From the NCBI GenBank assembly GCA_002633005.1, contig NMRA01000060.1:975355-1039354 (forward strand): a DNA stretch of 64,000 nucleotides, read 5' to 3'. Below are positions 35,201 through 47,643 of the stretch, piece after piece. The notes beneath the pieces were generated by a model that did no database searches, was not told the DNA's origin, and worked only from the letters and a program-made list of their open reading frames with translations. How positions within the stretch are numbered: the stretch's first letter is position 1; the number at the start of each line of letters is the position of its first letter. A program made the translations under genes and the position numbers. The DNA is from Phoronis australis (taxonomy: Eukaryota; Animalia; Phoronida).

Positions 35201-38200
35201 TAGCTCTCGAGATGAATTCCTTAAAAACCCACAGTCCAGCTATTGTAACTGATGAAATAAAAAATCAAACAGAACATTCCAAGTTTCAAGCAAAAACTCC
35301 ATAATTGTGGACAACACAGCAATATCCATGGCAATCATGATTTTTTGACAAAGGATGTATCATGTGATTATATGGACATCTGAGCTGCTTTCGACACATA
35401 ATATAATTCTGTGAAAATCGAGGATGAACAAACTTATCTGTCTCCTATTACAAATTGAAACATTAAATTTGTTCCTAGGTAACAAAAGTAGCCTATTACC
35501 TAAAGTTGGAATAAGGAGACTTCATAGAAATGGAAATAAAACCAGCCTATCATCCTTATTACTGAACATGCAGTTGCAATGTCACAGCCAGTCTTACCAA
35601 ACTCCAAGAAGTGTGATCAAAGTAGTCTTCACCGCCCTGCCAATAACCAAAATGGGATTCGAATCCTCGAAATGTGGGAGTAAATTCTTTGGCGTAGAAT
35701 CCCAAATGCCACTGAAATGCGATACATTTGTTGTAGTTACTGAGAGACCCATCACATTTATGTTTTCACTCCTCGGTTCTTTAAATTACTGTTCATTTAT
35801 CTTGACACACACAACACGTGCCAGTGAAAAATCTGTAAAATTAAGTCAAAAGTCAACCAATTGAACGCCACCATACCTTTCCCACCATATGACTTGTGTA
35901 GCCCAGTTTGTTGAGGTACTGAGGCAGCAGCGTTTCATTCAGGTCTAGTCCGTCAGGCTCGGCTCCCAAAAATACACCATGCTGGAGGCCTGGGATAAAA
36001 ATGTCAGTAATAAGCTAATGATAAAAAAATACACTCGCAATACCTACACCAATAATTGCATAAAAACAATTAGGTTGAGTCATGTCAGAGCCTTGCATGG
36101 ATTTAAACCAACTAAGTAGTTATAGCCAGGTGTACACCTTACTTGCTTGACAAACAAATCCCGGTATTGTTTTATGCCTCCGAAAGTGAAGTAACACGTA
36201 ATAGCGACAAGCTTGACTGAGTCACGTGCCGTTTTTTGGCTGACGTACTTTTCCGTATATGGCACATTTTCCACCCCCCGGGGAGTAAACTCGAATCACC
36301 CGATAATGGAGACCCACATCAAGCCGGAATTATTCCGAGGCTTTTCATTTCGTGGAAAACGGATTATTACTCTGCGCGTGTAAGCGCGGACTACTGTTGT
36401 TCCTGAGTTTTCTTCAATTTTATTCTTATTCTTCTTATTCTTATTCTTCTTCTGACCAAATTTGAGGCTTAATAACTCCAAATTGGGTGTAGCTACGGTC
36501 TTTAAATTCAGCCTATGACTTTTGACAGTATGTATATTTTGATTGGTTATATAATCTTATTCCATATTGCACCGGAAGTGGTCGTTTGGTGCAAAGGTCA
36601 TATAATTTTCAAAATGCTACTCCTCCTTCAGTTTTAAAGCTATCTTTTTCAAATTCGGTGCACAGGTATAAGTTAACATGACAATTTAAAAAGTCACTTT
36701 TCTAAGTAATTGGGTCATCCAATCAGGTGAAATAGGTCAAAGGTCATTAGGTGCAAACTAAAATTTTGAGCTAGACACTTCAAATTGACAGGTCTGATAG
36801 CCACAGGTAAATCAAATTGGAATCCAAAGTTTCAGGTCATTTAGTGCAAACATGGGGTCATTAGGTTCTTTTTTCTTCTGAAAATTTGACCTTTTCAATC
36901 AGCAAGTTTTCTGATGTGTCAACCGTTAGACAACTGTGATTCTCAGCGTTAAACACATTTTCCATGGGCTTTGCAACAATTCTCCTACAGATGCTTAAAA
37001 TGCACCGAATAAGGTCAGTTAGTGCAAAGGTCATGTAACGTTCAAAATGTTATATCTCTTACGTTTTTCAAGGAATTCTTTTCAATTTCAGCACACTGGT
37101 ATAAGTCAACATGCCAATTGAATACCCTACTTTACTTTGCAATAGGCCTAACCAATCAGAAAAAATAGGTCAAACGTCATTGAGTGCAAACTAAAAATCT
37201 TGAGCTGGATACTTCAAAATTACATATCTGTTTACTAATTGCGATTGAGTTTGAATTCTAAATATTCAGGTCATTTGGTGCACCTATGGGGTCATTAGGT
37301 GCATTTTTCTTCTGAAAGTTTGACTAATTCATCCATCTTGTATTCTGAAGAGCTTAAAGTAAAACATCTGTGATTTTTAGCATTAACCACACTTTTAATC
37401 GAGTTAACAATTACTCCCTCGTCGGGGCTCATAATGCACCGGAAGACGTCAATTAGTGGAAAGGTCATCAAAAATTAATATGTAATTTCTCCTACAATTT
37501 TAAAGAATTCCTTTTCATATTGGTAAACGGGTTGCTGTCAGTAACTTCCCATAATAATTCCAATAATACGCACGCGCAGAGTCCGTTATTGTCACGCCGT
37601 GACAATAATCTTTCTAGTTGACTATGTAAACATCATAAGTCACGCAATTTTTGTGATGAAACTTACACTGAATTTGCCGTTCCCGCCTCATTCGGTTGAA
37701 GCATCGTTTCGTAGATTTTTTGGACAAGCCTGGTGTTTTTAAATCGTTCGCGTTGCTCTCATAGTTATCTATCTTTGTACCTTTAACTACTCTCATATAG
37801 AAGGTCAGTCCAAGAAAAGTCGCGGGTTTTTTTATTCAACGAGTATTTTCTTCTATTTCACGTTGCATACTTTGATAGCCACTGCACGTGTCGGTTAGAG
37901 AGTGCTGACCTTTCACATCCACACCTAGCCTTGTTACAAATTCTTTGTGCTAGAAATCGCTAAAGGGTGTAGGCTAGTAGACCTACAAAACTCTTGTGAA
38001 TCTCGTGTGGTACGGCTTTGGTTTGCATTGCAACATGCGCCTCAAGCATATTTCAATGGCTGTCGAGAGGAATGGTAGCGCCGTACAGCGGTACCTGCAT
38101 GTAAGAACTCAATATTTACCTGAAGTTTGGGAGTATAATCTAAATATTTCATCCATGACCTAGAAATAAGGTTTGGTTTCTTTTATTTGCATAAACTGAT

Positions 38201-41037
38201 ATTAACAATGGAATACAGTGGGAAAGGAAACAAACGCAAACACATTCACTCTCACATTCTCACATTTCAGCTCTGCTTGAATTTATACTGAATGTATAAG
38301 GGTTTCAAAAAATCCCAGTAAGTCAGGGGGTAATTCTCTAGATTTCGTACTCTTCCATGCCTAGACAGTTTCAAACAAAATTGAGTGAAACCTCTGAAGT
38401 ACATGAATACATGAAGTCTTCGAACAAGTATATATAAAGTACTGAGCTAACGTTAATACGTGATTAATTTCGTAGCCATTATCTCCAAAATATGCAAATA
38501 ACAGGACACGCTTTTCAGCCAGTAACAGGTTATTTCCAACGACGTTTGAAATCCAAGTTTGTAATTCATTCCAAAAAGAAAGTAGATGCTGACATTCCAA
38601 AAACAAGTGATTGAAAGTTTCTACCACTCCGTCGTTTTTTACTATTCTCATTTTCTTTAAAAAATATTTTGTGAAAACTTGTTTATGAATTTGATAATAC
38701 TTATAAACTATCAAATGAGGCTGGAGCAACAGTTTAAAAGGCATAATATAACTCTGTTTAATTTGCTGGTCAGCAAATAATTCTAATAAACTGTGTTCTA
38801 CATCAGGAACTGATGTCTCTCTGGAGAGTAATACATCTTTGGTCCATCGCGTATCAATCCGATCCGGTGCAAAGTCGTGCATGCTGCTGGCTCCATCATT
38901 AATCGGACTATCTGAAATTTTCATCGCCTTGGCCAGAGCAATGTACTTTAGCAAATCGCTTAATTTGTATCTTTCCTTTAAAACCTCCCAGGATAATAAT
39001 TCAATAAGATTTGATGTCTAAAAATGTTGAGAAATTTTTGTGACCTGGAACATATTATTTATGAATGTCAGCTGGATTTTTAAAATGCGACCTAAGATTT
39101 TGAGGCTAGATGGCAAATTTTGACCTGGCAATTTTCATAGTGCTGAGTACGCTTGGAAAATACTAGCTTTGTGATATAACTCAAACAAAAAGTGACACCT
39201 AACTCTCTGAGTGAAAAACGAATGGCTGTAGTAAGACAGAACAATAGCAGAATATCCCTCACAAACGCAATTGTCGTTGATCTTGAAGATTGTTTTGTGT
39301 TAAACAAATTTTGTTTACGTACCTAAATGTATAGGATGTCGTCCTGTCATCAGCGCTGCACGAGTTGGTGTGCAAAGTGGCTGTACGTAATAGTTGTTCA
39401 ATATCACTCCGCTGTTAGCCAGGGCGTCTATGTTGGGCGTTGGGATTTGATCAGATCCATGGAAACTCACGTCATCCCAACCCTATCGGAGAAAGACTAG
39501 TAAATAAAAGCCTTCAGTAATACTAAATCTGTTAACAGGAACCACGGCAATAGTCACGTGACAGGGGTCCCGCATTTACAGAACCTCCTCACTTGAACAA
39601 CAGGTGTCGAACTGGTTCTCAAAGTACTCGACTCTGCCGGCCCCACTGCATGTGCACTCATCTTCAGAGACGTTTGATTTTAATATCGAAGATCATTGAA
39701 GTATAGCTTCATTCGGATTATATATTTTTTGAGGTTTTGAAACAGGAACTCATCTAGAAGCATCAGTCATTGGATCTAGTGCCAGTTTTAAAAAGGACGG
39801 CTTTAAACGGCTCAGCCAAGAGAGAAAAAACAACCTCGGTGAAAACGACGGCTAAGATTGTCGACAACACTGTACATTTAATCAAATATACAGTGCTGTA
39901 TTTGGGGCGTAGGCGCACGTAGGCGCAGCCAACCACCTTTCGGCATTTGAACGTAGCGCCTACGCACCGTAAGTTACGTTCACTGATTGCACGAGGTGAT
40001 ACGGTAGGTTTTGGACGCCTACTTACCTCTAATTTTACCACTACAGCACTGCAAATATGTACAAAAGTATAGAATTTAACTCAGCAAAAGTATGTATTTT
40101 CCAAAAGTAGAAATTCCGTTTGATTTTTGACTTTCAGTATACCAATCTGCAAGTAGGTCACGTGACATTGTTTTATTGAAATTTAATGAAAAGATACGCT
40201 CATAACAAAACAATTGTATCAGTATGAGCAGATTCCGTTTGATACTATTGTATAAGACAAAACTTCAAAAACGCTGTCACAATTTTCTAAATTATCGTTT
40301 TGATTTCGTTTTATGCGTCTTTACAAATTTTTCATAAAAATTATGTTTTTAGTCCCACATGCAGAAGTGGAACATTTTAAAAACAGTACCTAACAATTTT
40401 TGGAGAACTATGCATAAAGCATAGTACCTGAATGTTTCATAAGAATCCAACGAGCCATTTCTGAGATGTGGTGTTCCGAAGTTCACCAAACTCCGACCTT
40501 AGGCGTTTTCCTAGGGTCCTGCATATCCTAAACGAGGAACAGCAATAGTTGTAGATCGATAACGGTTCTGTTGAGTTTAGCACAGTTGCTTTCGCAATGG
40601 GCCAAATGAACTGGTCTGCACACGCGTGATGTACCACAAAAGACATCAGACCAGCTGAACTCATTTTCGCGTTAGAGAGAACCACTGCAGCCGTATGCAC
40701 CGTCATCATTATTTGGGTTTGTTTTGTTTTCTTTTTTTTCTATTGTAGTGATCAACATACTTACACATTATAAAAAGCATGCAACAAGATCGATTGTTTC
40801 ATGACTCCAATGAAACATTCAAAACCACCGACACTGTGATTTCGGCTGCGATCCCTAATAACAATGAAGCTTGGACTACTAAAGCATTCTACAAGTACAC
40901 TCAAAATTTACCAGATCATCAGCCACAATGAGGATAATGTTGGGTCTTTGAGCTGAATCTACATGAGACACAAGACATAACAAGACTACCGCAACTTGAC
41001 CGGCGGCAGCCAGAGTTTGGGCAAGACAGGTCAGCAT
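28437..41037 (-). CDS. ARSB: Arylsulfatase B/I/J-like sulfatase with signal peptide, 8 coding exons, 566 aa
   Basis: complement join(41037-40912,39482-39323,35989-35877,35711-35598,33959-33831,33578-33452,32278-32125,29214-28437) = 1701 nt, all GT-AG. Motifs: [17 protein letters not shown], formylglycine motif [50 protein letters not shown]. Exact paralog (ARSB vs ARSI/J) not resolvable by eye. Confidence 0.95.
30236..31970 (+). mobile_element. HINE family 2, copy 2 (arylsulfatase intron 7), 11 core repeats of about 150 bp
   Basis: 5' TGCGCCCACATATTTATATGTGGACGCA hairpin, GTCCGTCC microsatellite, about 460-bp trimeric higher-order repeat, 3' CAGCGCTCCGCGTTGCTCTTGTT. Confidence 0.85.
32125..32278 (-). 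CDS. ARSB: Arylsulfatase exon 7
   Basis: [16 protein letters not shown]...VFTTDNGG...NWPLR. Confidence 0.95.
33008..33152. mobile_element. Small MITE, about 145 bp; decayed relatives at about 18670-18770, 19440-19530 and 56426-56500
   Basis: Inverted ends CGTTCAGTAACGCTAGGACC ... GGTCCTAGCGTCTACTGAACG; shared core AAGACTTCRCGAGATTACGTGA..ATTTTAAATGAGA. Confidence 0.65.
33452..33578 (-). CDS. ARSB: Arylsulfatase exon 6
   Basis: [15 protein letters not shown]...[11 protein letters not shown]...RRTFA. Confidence 0.95.
33831..33959 (-). CDS. ARSB: Arylsulfatase exon 5
   Basis: [12 protein letters not shown]...[16 protein letters not shown]. Confidence 0.93.
35598..35711 (-). CDS. ARSB: Arylsulfatase exon 4
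   Basis: [33 protein letters not shown]. Confidence 0.95.
35877..35989 (-). CDS. ARSB: Arylsulfatase exon 3
   Basis: [37 protein letters not shown]. Confidence 0.95.
36364..37618 (+). mobile_element. HINE family 1, single full-length copy (arylsulfatase intron 2)
   Basis: Same head, microsatellite, body and 3' hairpin/CTAGTT as 25304-26557; inserted in a TT site without TSD. Confidence 0.9.
38340..39060 (-). mobile_element. L1/Tx1-type LINE ORF2 3' remnant (zf-RVT region)
   Basis: [25 protein letters not shown]...[15 protein letters not shown] matches the typical ETxxHLFxxC..FW tail of L1/Tx1 ORF2. Confidence 0.75.
39323..39482 (-). CDS. ARSB: Arylsulfatase exon 2 (active-site CTPTR)
   Basis: [22 protein letters not shown]...[19 protein letters not shown]. 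Confidence 0.96.
39553..40166. promoter_or_regulatory. Two perfect CLEAR-type palindromes GTCACGTGAC (39553-39562, 40157-40166)
   Basis: Exact 10-mer matches in the first coding intron of a lysosomal-type sulfatase; function inferred. Confidence 0.5.
39891..40051. mobile_element. hAT-type MITE (161 bp)
   Basis: TIR CAGTGCTGTA...TACAGCACTG; 8-bp TSD CAAATATA/CAAATATG; inverted homolog at 53406-53561. Confidence 0.88.
40912..41037 (-). CDS. ARSB: Arylsulfatase first coding exon (signal peptide + [11 protein letters not shown])
   Basis: ACCATG context; [42 protein letters not shown]; an acceptor at 41054-41053 implies an upstream 5'UTR exon (candidate donor near 42594). Confidence 0.92.
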
Positions 41038-41196
41038 GGTCTAAGGTATCGTCTGAAAAAAACAACAGAGTTGATCATCCAACAATACCTTGAAATTTTA
41101 CTGTTTTAAAAATGTAATTTGCAGGAAGTTATGCCCCCTTGACAAGGGAAAATGTCGCCACTGTAGCCGCTGTAGATTTTAGTATATAATAGGTAA

Positions 41197-41361
41197 ATAC
41201 ATGCATACATACATACATACATACATACATACATACATACATACATACATACAAACATACATACATACATACATACATACATAGACAGAAAGATAGACAG
41301 ATAGATAGACAGACAGACAGATAGATAGTTAGACAGATAGATACATACATACATACATACA

Positions 41362-41390
<29 letters not shown>
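41197..41390. repeat. Compound tetranucleotide microsatellite (CATA)n(GATA/GACA)n(CATA)n
   Basis: Directly visible. Confidence 0.97.
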
Positions 41391-41394
<4 letters not shown>

Positions 41395-43289
41395 TATTAT
41401 CGCTACATCGCTGCATGTTGCAAGTTGCAAGTTGGACAGTAGAGCAGGCATGAATAAATTCGAATAGAAAATAGAACCTTGTGCAATACGATCTACGAAA
41501 TACACGCTAAAACTGCTAATATGATAGCAAATTACTAAACACTCTAAACATGCCCGTGCCCAGGGGTTGCAACGGGTGCAAATGTACTCCCACCGGGATT
41601 TGGAGTCTGCCGTAGCAAGCCGAATTTAGTCCATAATACCCGTATGTGTACGTTCAGTTACCTCCGTAATGCTGTTTTGCTATAAATACTTTTTGTTGAT
41701 GTTCGTCAGTTGTCATAATAGTATCGGTACTCGAGAAAGTTGGTCAGATAGTAGCAAACCAGGCAAACCCAGACAAAGGTGCCGCATACTAAATCGTATT
41801 TTCTGGGTGTTACATCAGACATGAAAAACAAAAATATATATTTCGACATTCTAGTGCCATTGTTGATCAATTCATTGGGACATGTACGCAACCTCGTGGA
41901 TGGAACATTTTCAAAACAATTTCTAACCGCGTTACGAGGAACAGTGCACAATTAAGAACAATATCTGAAAAATTCAAATAAATCCGATCAGCCATTTCTG
42001 AGATGCGATTTTCCGAAATTGGCCATTTTTTTAGAGTTTGACATAATCTTAAAGAACTTTGAGTGCCTGATATTTTGAGAAAAGGAACGGAATTTTGTAG
42101 CCAGTAAGCTTTTCAGTTGTCTGATGCTGTCTACCAATTTATACACATTTGTTCAACTGAACATGGTGATGTCAATGAACTAAGTTTTCGATTCTGAAAA
42201 AAGTTTCCGATCCTGTGTTACCCGACTATCAATTTCTTCAACACACATTTCACATATATTTCCCAATACTGCTACTAGTTACATCCACAAACATTCGAAT
42301 ATTTTTTCTTCATTCACAGCAAGTGCTGGTTAGTTTTGGCCAATGCATAATAAAAACTCAACGTCGTGTGAAGTATAGCCGAGTTTTTCATTTGACGAGG
42401 GTAGTATTTTACATCGATGATTGGAGTCCGGGTTTGGCGTCCTCTTTTAGCTTCGTGCCTACCCAAGTCACGTGCAGGGTGCGGCTATGCTAAAATCAGT
42501 CGCTCGACAAATCTGGAGGCAATGTTACAAAAAAAAGTCCGGTATGCGATAAGTACAGGAAAAGAGCCGTGTAAAGGAAAAAAATAATACTCACATAAAA
42601 CGGAGATCTTAGCAGAATGAAACTTAACTGAAGACGAAGAAATTTCTTGAAGCAGATTGTTTAAGACAACACCCTGAAATGTTAAAATGTACGCTGCAGT
42701 TGGTCAACGTGAAGACTTTGTTGTGAAAAGGGACCCCCAGATAACACGACGACAAAACGCGTTTCTGCAGGTACTCAAAATAATTAAATGTCGACGATAA
42801 ACGCCATGCCCCTTTTTCACGTGCTCCTCCAGCGAAGCATGATCTTATGTGGTACACATCTCCAAGGGAACCTCAAACGATACCACTGAGCAACATATAG
42901 GCCCTATACTGTTAGGCCTACTACATTTAAAATTTTCACTCATTTTTTCCATTTTTGGATTAAATATTTATTTAATTGCTGCTCAATGGTTTCAGTTGCA
43001 CACTGCTTCCTTTTGGATAACTTGAGATTCGCATCACCGTAACATGGACCGATTTGACGCTGGACTAACATTCTTTCTCAGCTACAAGAATTTCAGACCC
43101 AATGCGTAAGGTGATTTTAGACTGATCTAAATCTATTACGGTCAGTACTAAAGTTAGCACGCTCGAGAAGAACGGACTCGGTAGCAAGCGAATCAAAGTC
43201 GGCCAGATTACTCCGTGAGCGCAATGCGAAGGTTTGCCGCCGAGTACGGACTATTTTGCTCGATCGTCCTAAATTATTTCTCCCACCGA

Positions 43290-44098
43290 TTTCACGCTCA
43301 GATCCAATTTCAGATGTCAAATTCGGAACACGGCGCAATCGTAACGGAACTATGGCCAAGTATAGTCTCTCCCGCGATATCCCAGGCGACCGGCAGTGGC
43401 GCTGGGCACAACGACTCTGTTTCCATCGTCTGCTCCACTGTGCAATGAAGAAAATCACTTCATTTTTTAAAGAAAATGGAATCTGGGTGATGATGAAAGA
43501 ACAAAAGCTGCTGGTAAGATGTCAATTTTAATCGAAGCCTTAGTGAATCACTCAGAAACTCATAATTCTCACTTTGTCAAACCTTAACTTAACATGATTT
43601 CCAAAGCAATCGCGTCATTATTGCCAACACAAAAACGGATTTGGTCTTTTGGGCAATTGAAGACTGTTTTTAATACAACAAATTTGCTACGAACTGATTG
43701 CACAAAATATAAAACATGTAATAAGCATTAAAAAAGAAGGAGGTTTCGCGCGCAAACGCTGTGAACCATAAACAAGTAGGTCTCTTGGTATCAAGTTACG
43801 CGTTAAATCGTGGTGGTGCAGCGTTTTATCCGCCAGGTAGTGAATTCGAACCTGTGGAACATGCAGATTTTCCTGTTTGACACTTTCTCCGTGTTTTTTA
43901 TTATTAATTTTGTTTTTGCCTTTTTTCTTGGATAATACGTCGGGAATCAAGGAAAATGCTTGATTTTTAGCGGAAAAAACAGAAAAATTTCCTAGGCGAC
44001 CTCCCCCCATTCCGTGCTATTCGCATCTACAATCGTACTTTGAGCAAATGTGTACAGACAAAATGTTGCCCCCCCCCCTTGTGATATCCTAGATCCGC
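43290..44098 (-). mobile_element. hAT5-like element, copy 2 (inverted; TIR cut by another insertion at about 44099; probably extends left of 43290)
   Basis: Reverse complement of 22932-23740; ends GATATCCTAGATCCGC, then TGTCGCGAGAAATTTCTTCCC repeats. Confidence 0.85.
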
Positions 44099-44225
44099 TG
44101 TCGCGAGAAATTTCTTCCCGTGAAATTTCTTCCCACTCTGACCCTTTTGCGCATGCGCGGTATTGAGGGGAAGTTATTTCATGTCTAACGCATGAAATTT
44201 CTTCCCCCGTGAAATTTCTTCCCAA
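44099..44225. mobile_element. End of a different TIR element starting TGTCGC (Ginger/TDD-like terminus) with GAAATTTCTTCCC x4
   Basis: TGT start immediately after CCGC; repeated subterminal motif; other end not found. Confidence 0.4.
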
Positions 44226-46730
44226 ACGAAGACGGCAAAGCACAGCTGTAAAATAAGCGTAAAAATAGAAATTCACTACGTGTGTGATAATGTAACGATT
44301 TTAGTCAATTGCCATTGTTATGTTAGACATTGGTAAATGAATTGTAATTAGATTTACTTCAAATCAGTCGCCGGTCAGTAGGCTTGAGCACATATGGCCT
44401 ATACTTTGCGGGTTGTGATCATGCTTTTATTTGTTTTATTGTACTCTGTAAACTGTATTATGAGCAAATATTACTTATGTTAATAAACCTGTCACCCTCT
44501 GTCTCGCTCTCTCTGTCTCTTTCTCTCTACTTGCGGGGAGGAATCCCGTTAGCTAGGTAGTATCGTGCCCCTGACTGCCGTGGAGTGCATCCGGACCGGG
44601 GAGTCCTCTGTTGAAAGGCAAATTAGTAAAAAGCTCTTTCAAAAAAGTGACATTCTGCAGACTATGTACTTATAATTGATTCATAAGATTAAAATATTTC
44701 TGAATTTCATTTCCTGGCCTGGGCGTCGCCCGACCTTAGGCCCGTCGCGGTGAAGACGCTCTTCGTCGTCACTCCGATCTGAGTGTTTTTTTTTCGCTTG
44801 TACTGAATTTCCTTCAAGAATATGTCAGAAATACTCGAAAGGGTAAAAATACTCGGTTGGGTGTATTCCCAGTAAGGCATTATCATTTGTTGTGGTACGT
44901 AATAAGTTAAAATAATCGACTCCCACCTGTATGACCGAAGGCGACGATCCCGGAGAAAATAGGTGTCCTGTATGACATCATCAAACGCATCTTTCAGAAA
45001 AGTCTTACAAAAATGTACACTAAAAGAAAACACAGAAATTGGAAACCTTCTTTTTTCCAGGAAATTCAGTTCATAAGATTCGGAAAAGGAAATTTTCAAA
45101 ATCGGTTTAGGAAAGCTCCACAAGCGAAATAATTAGCGAGAATCAGGAAAAATATTAAAAACTCTAAGATCATTTCACAAAATCACACGCCGTGGGAAAA
45201 ATGGACCATTACAGCTACAATGGGTAAAAATTGTAGTAAAATATTTACACCTCCTTGCTAAGGAAACTGAATTCACAGATTAAAAATCTTTGAATGCGCC
45301 CTACTGGCTAGCTGAGCTCGTGGAGCGCTCCGAAAATGAAGCCTGAGATCAATCCTTGATAAAAAAGACTATTTTAAGTCTGTTATATTCCATAGTGTTG
45401 TATATCAAGGAACTTGCAAATATATATGTAGTAGGAATTACTTACTTCATGCGGGAACAAGACGAACGAATATCCTGCGTGAATTGAAATAAGGTGCATA
45501 TCAAACCATATAACAAACAGTTTTCAATTCGTAGGCCTATCAAAAATGTCTTGACAATTCGCAAAAACTAAAAATGTCGAAGAAAATTATTTCTTGACCA
45601 AAGAAATTGAAGGCCTTGGTATCTTTAGCAAAACTTGAGAATTTAGAACCCTATTTTTAATTAAACGTTTTTGCAAAATCGCAAAAATGTCAAACTGAAA
45701 ATAATTCAACGTACTCGAAATGTGATTTTATTCTGGCTGGCACCAGAAAGACTGGAACTGACGTTTGTTTTTTTTTCATACAACGAAGGCATAGGGGCTA
45801 CTCTTTATGTATATACGGGTGTGTGTGTGAGTGTATATTTAAACACTGCACTATTACAGAACCCTAAATTAGTGATATTCCATCGATTTTGGCTTAATAT
45901 TTAATGTTTCCCACTTATTTTCGGGTTACCTATCCAGTTTAAACATGTCCTTCAAGGAATTATCTCAGTGCATTGTAAAAATAACTGATTTTTCTATAGC
46001 CCAGTATTCTTTGTAGGCCCATAAACGAAATGGACCTTACCACTGTTTTTACCCATCTCAAAAGCACTGGTTACGTCACTTTCACTCTGTCCGGCTGTGG
46101 GTGACTACAAAGGCTCTCACACCGCTGTGCGTCATGCTCATCAAGAGTCTGTCTAACTAGGTCATCACAAAGTTTCACTGTGACCCTCTGTTCTGTTTAT
46201 ATCTAACAGGTTACTGAAATACCTAAACCACTCCAATTCAGTAATATTATTATCATCAGGCTTTATAGTGTGTACTGGCTCTGACAGGCTTTGTTTTATA
46301 ACAGCGTGTAATAGTAACACAAAAAAGAAACGAACAAGTGAGGTTATATAAATGACTAGTTACGCCCCTAGGTAAATAATTTCAATGATTCAAAAGATTT
46401 CTACCCTAAAAAGACAAAGGTTTTAGAATATGGAGCCCTCAGTTGCAGTGAAGAATTTAGTCAGGCATTCATCCAAAATTATACACCTTCTTATATTAAT
46501 TGGACCTATGGTGATGTTTGATACAGTTCTTCAGTAAAAAGTCAGGACGGGGAGACATTTATGTGATCAAATAATTACTCCAACTATCTATACGAAATTT
46601 ACAGATAAAGGCTTTCTGGTGGATAAAAAATAGCAAACATCTATTGAGTGGGTTTGAAACGTTCTGTGGATATTATATTAGATCATTACACAGACTGCAG
46701 ACTCTTCAGTTTGCATAATATTCATTGCAG

Positions 46731-47643
46731 GCTCTCTAAGAATGGATCTCAACCCAACGTTCTCAAGAGCTAGCAGTAGTGGCTCCATCCCTGGGACTGC
46801 CTACTCCTCTTGCTCATCCAATCAGAACACAGGTGACTGTTTTAAGTGACTGGCAGATTTTGCTGTCATTACCAGTTGAATGACCTCTGACACTTCCCCT
46901 AACACCAAGTGAAATTTGGTCTGTGACTGGTGAAATGGAAACTATAGAGGAACCTAATTTTGTGTCATGTGCTTTTGATCTGTAATTCAAGTGTGCAGGA
47001 TTGCTTTAAAAATTTAGACAAGACAGCTGTTAATTTTGTAGCATTCGTGTAGTGTCCTTTCAAATCCTGAGTAAATTCTATCAGTAGTATGTGTGGTTGA
47101 AGTAAATGCAGAATTAATCTCATTTATTTTCCCTTTTGGGGTCTGCATTTTACTGTGTTGAATTATTTGTCAACACTGTTGAAATGTGTGCTTGTATGAG
47201 AGGAGTACCTTGGAAAGCACTGTTTTTGCTGAGGAGCGTGCCCACATGTTAAAAAAAACAATAAATAAGGAAATAGATATTACATTAAATGAATTATGTA
47301 ACTATTCATCCAATAACATAGTATCTACTATTGTATAAATATTATTTAGATTATACTGTAAAACTGGTGTAGGTCGGATCCAACAAGACCAAGAGATTTC
47401 CTCCGAGTGAGGCCAGCGAAATCCAAATCTGAAGGTCTGTGAGCAACAACAGTTTCACGTACTTAGTCCGAGTTTACCAAAAATTTAACTTGTGCATTTC
47501 CAACTTGCACAAGTTTTACTCCTCACAAATATTGAATGTTTTCAGACGATGAAGACAGTGATCACAAACAGTCTATGTCGTATAAAGACAGGAGGAGAGA
47601 GGCACACACGTTTGCTGAGCAGAAAAGGAGGGACGCTATTAAG
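46731..47643 (+). CDS. MLX: MLX (Max-like protein X / bigmax) partial: exons 46731-46832 and 47546-47643
   Basis: Spliced (G)SLRMDLNPTFSRASSSGSIPGTAYSSCSSNQNT|DDEDSDHKQSMSYKDRRREAHTFAEQKRRDAIK, matching the MLX pre-basic and basic/helix-1 region; canonical sites with a phase 1 join. Upstream and downstream exons not found, so it may be a fragment. Confidence 0.85.

Noticed and set aside
41106-41416. MYVC-repeat ORFs
   Set aside because: Translation of the (TATG)n microsatellite.
44531-44640. GC-rich patch examined as an HDV-like, twister or hammerhead ribozyme
   Set aside because: I could not build P1/P2 pairings or find the CUGANGA..GAAA core on either strand; left unassigned.
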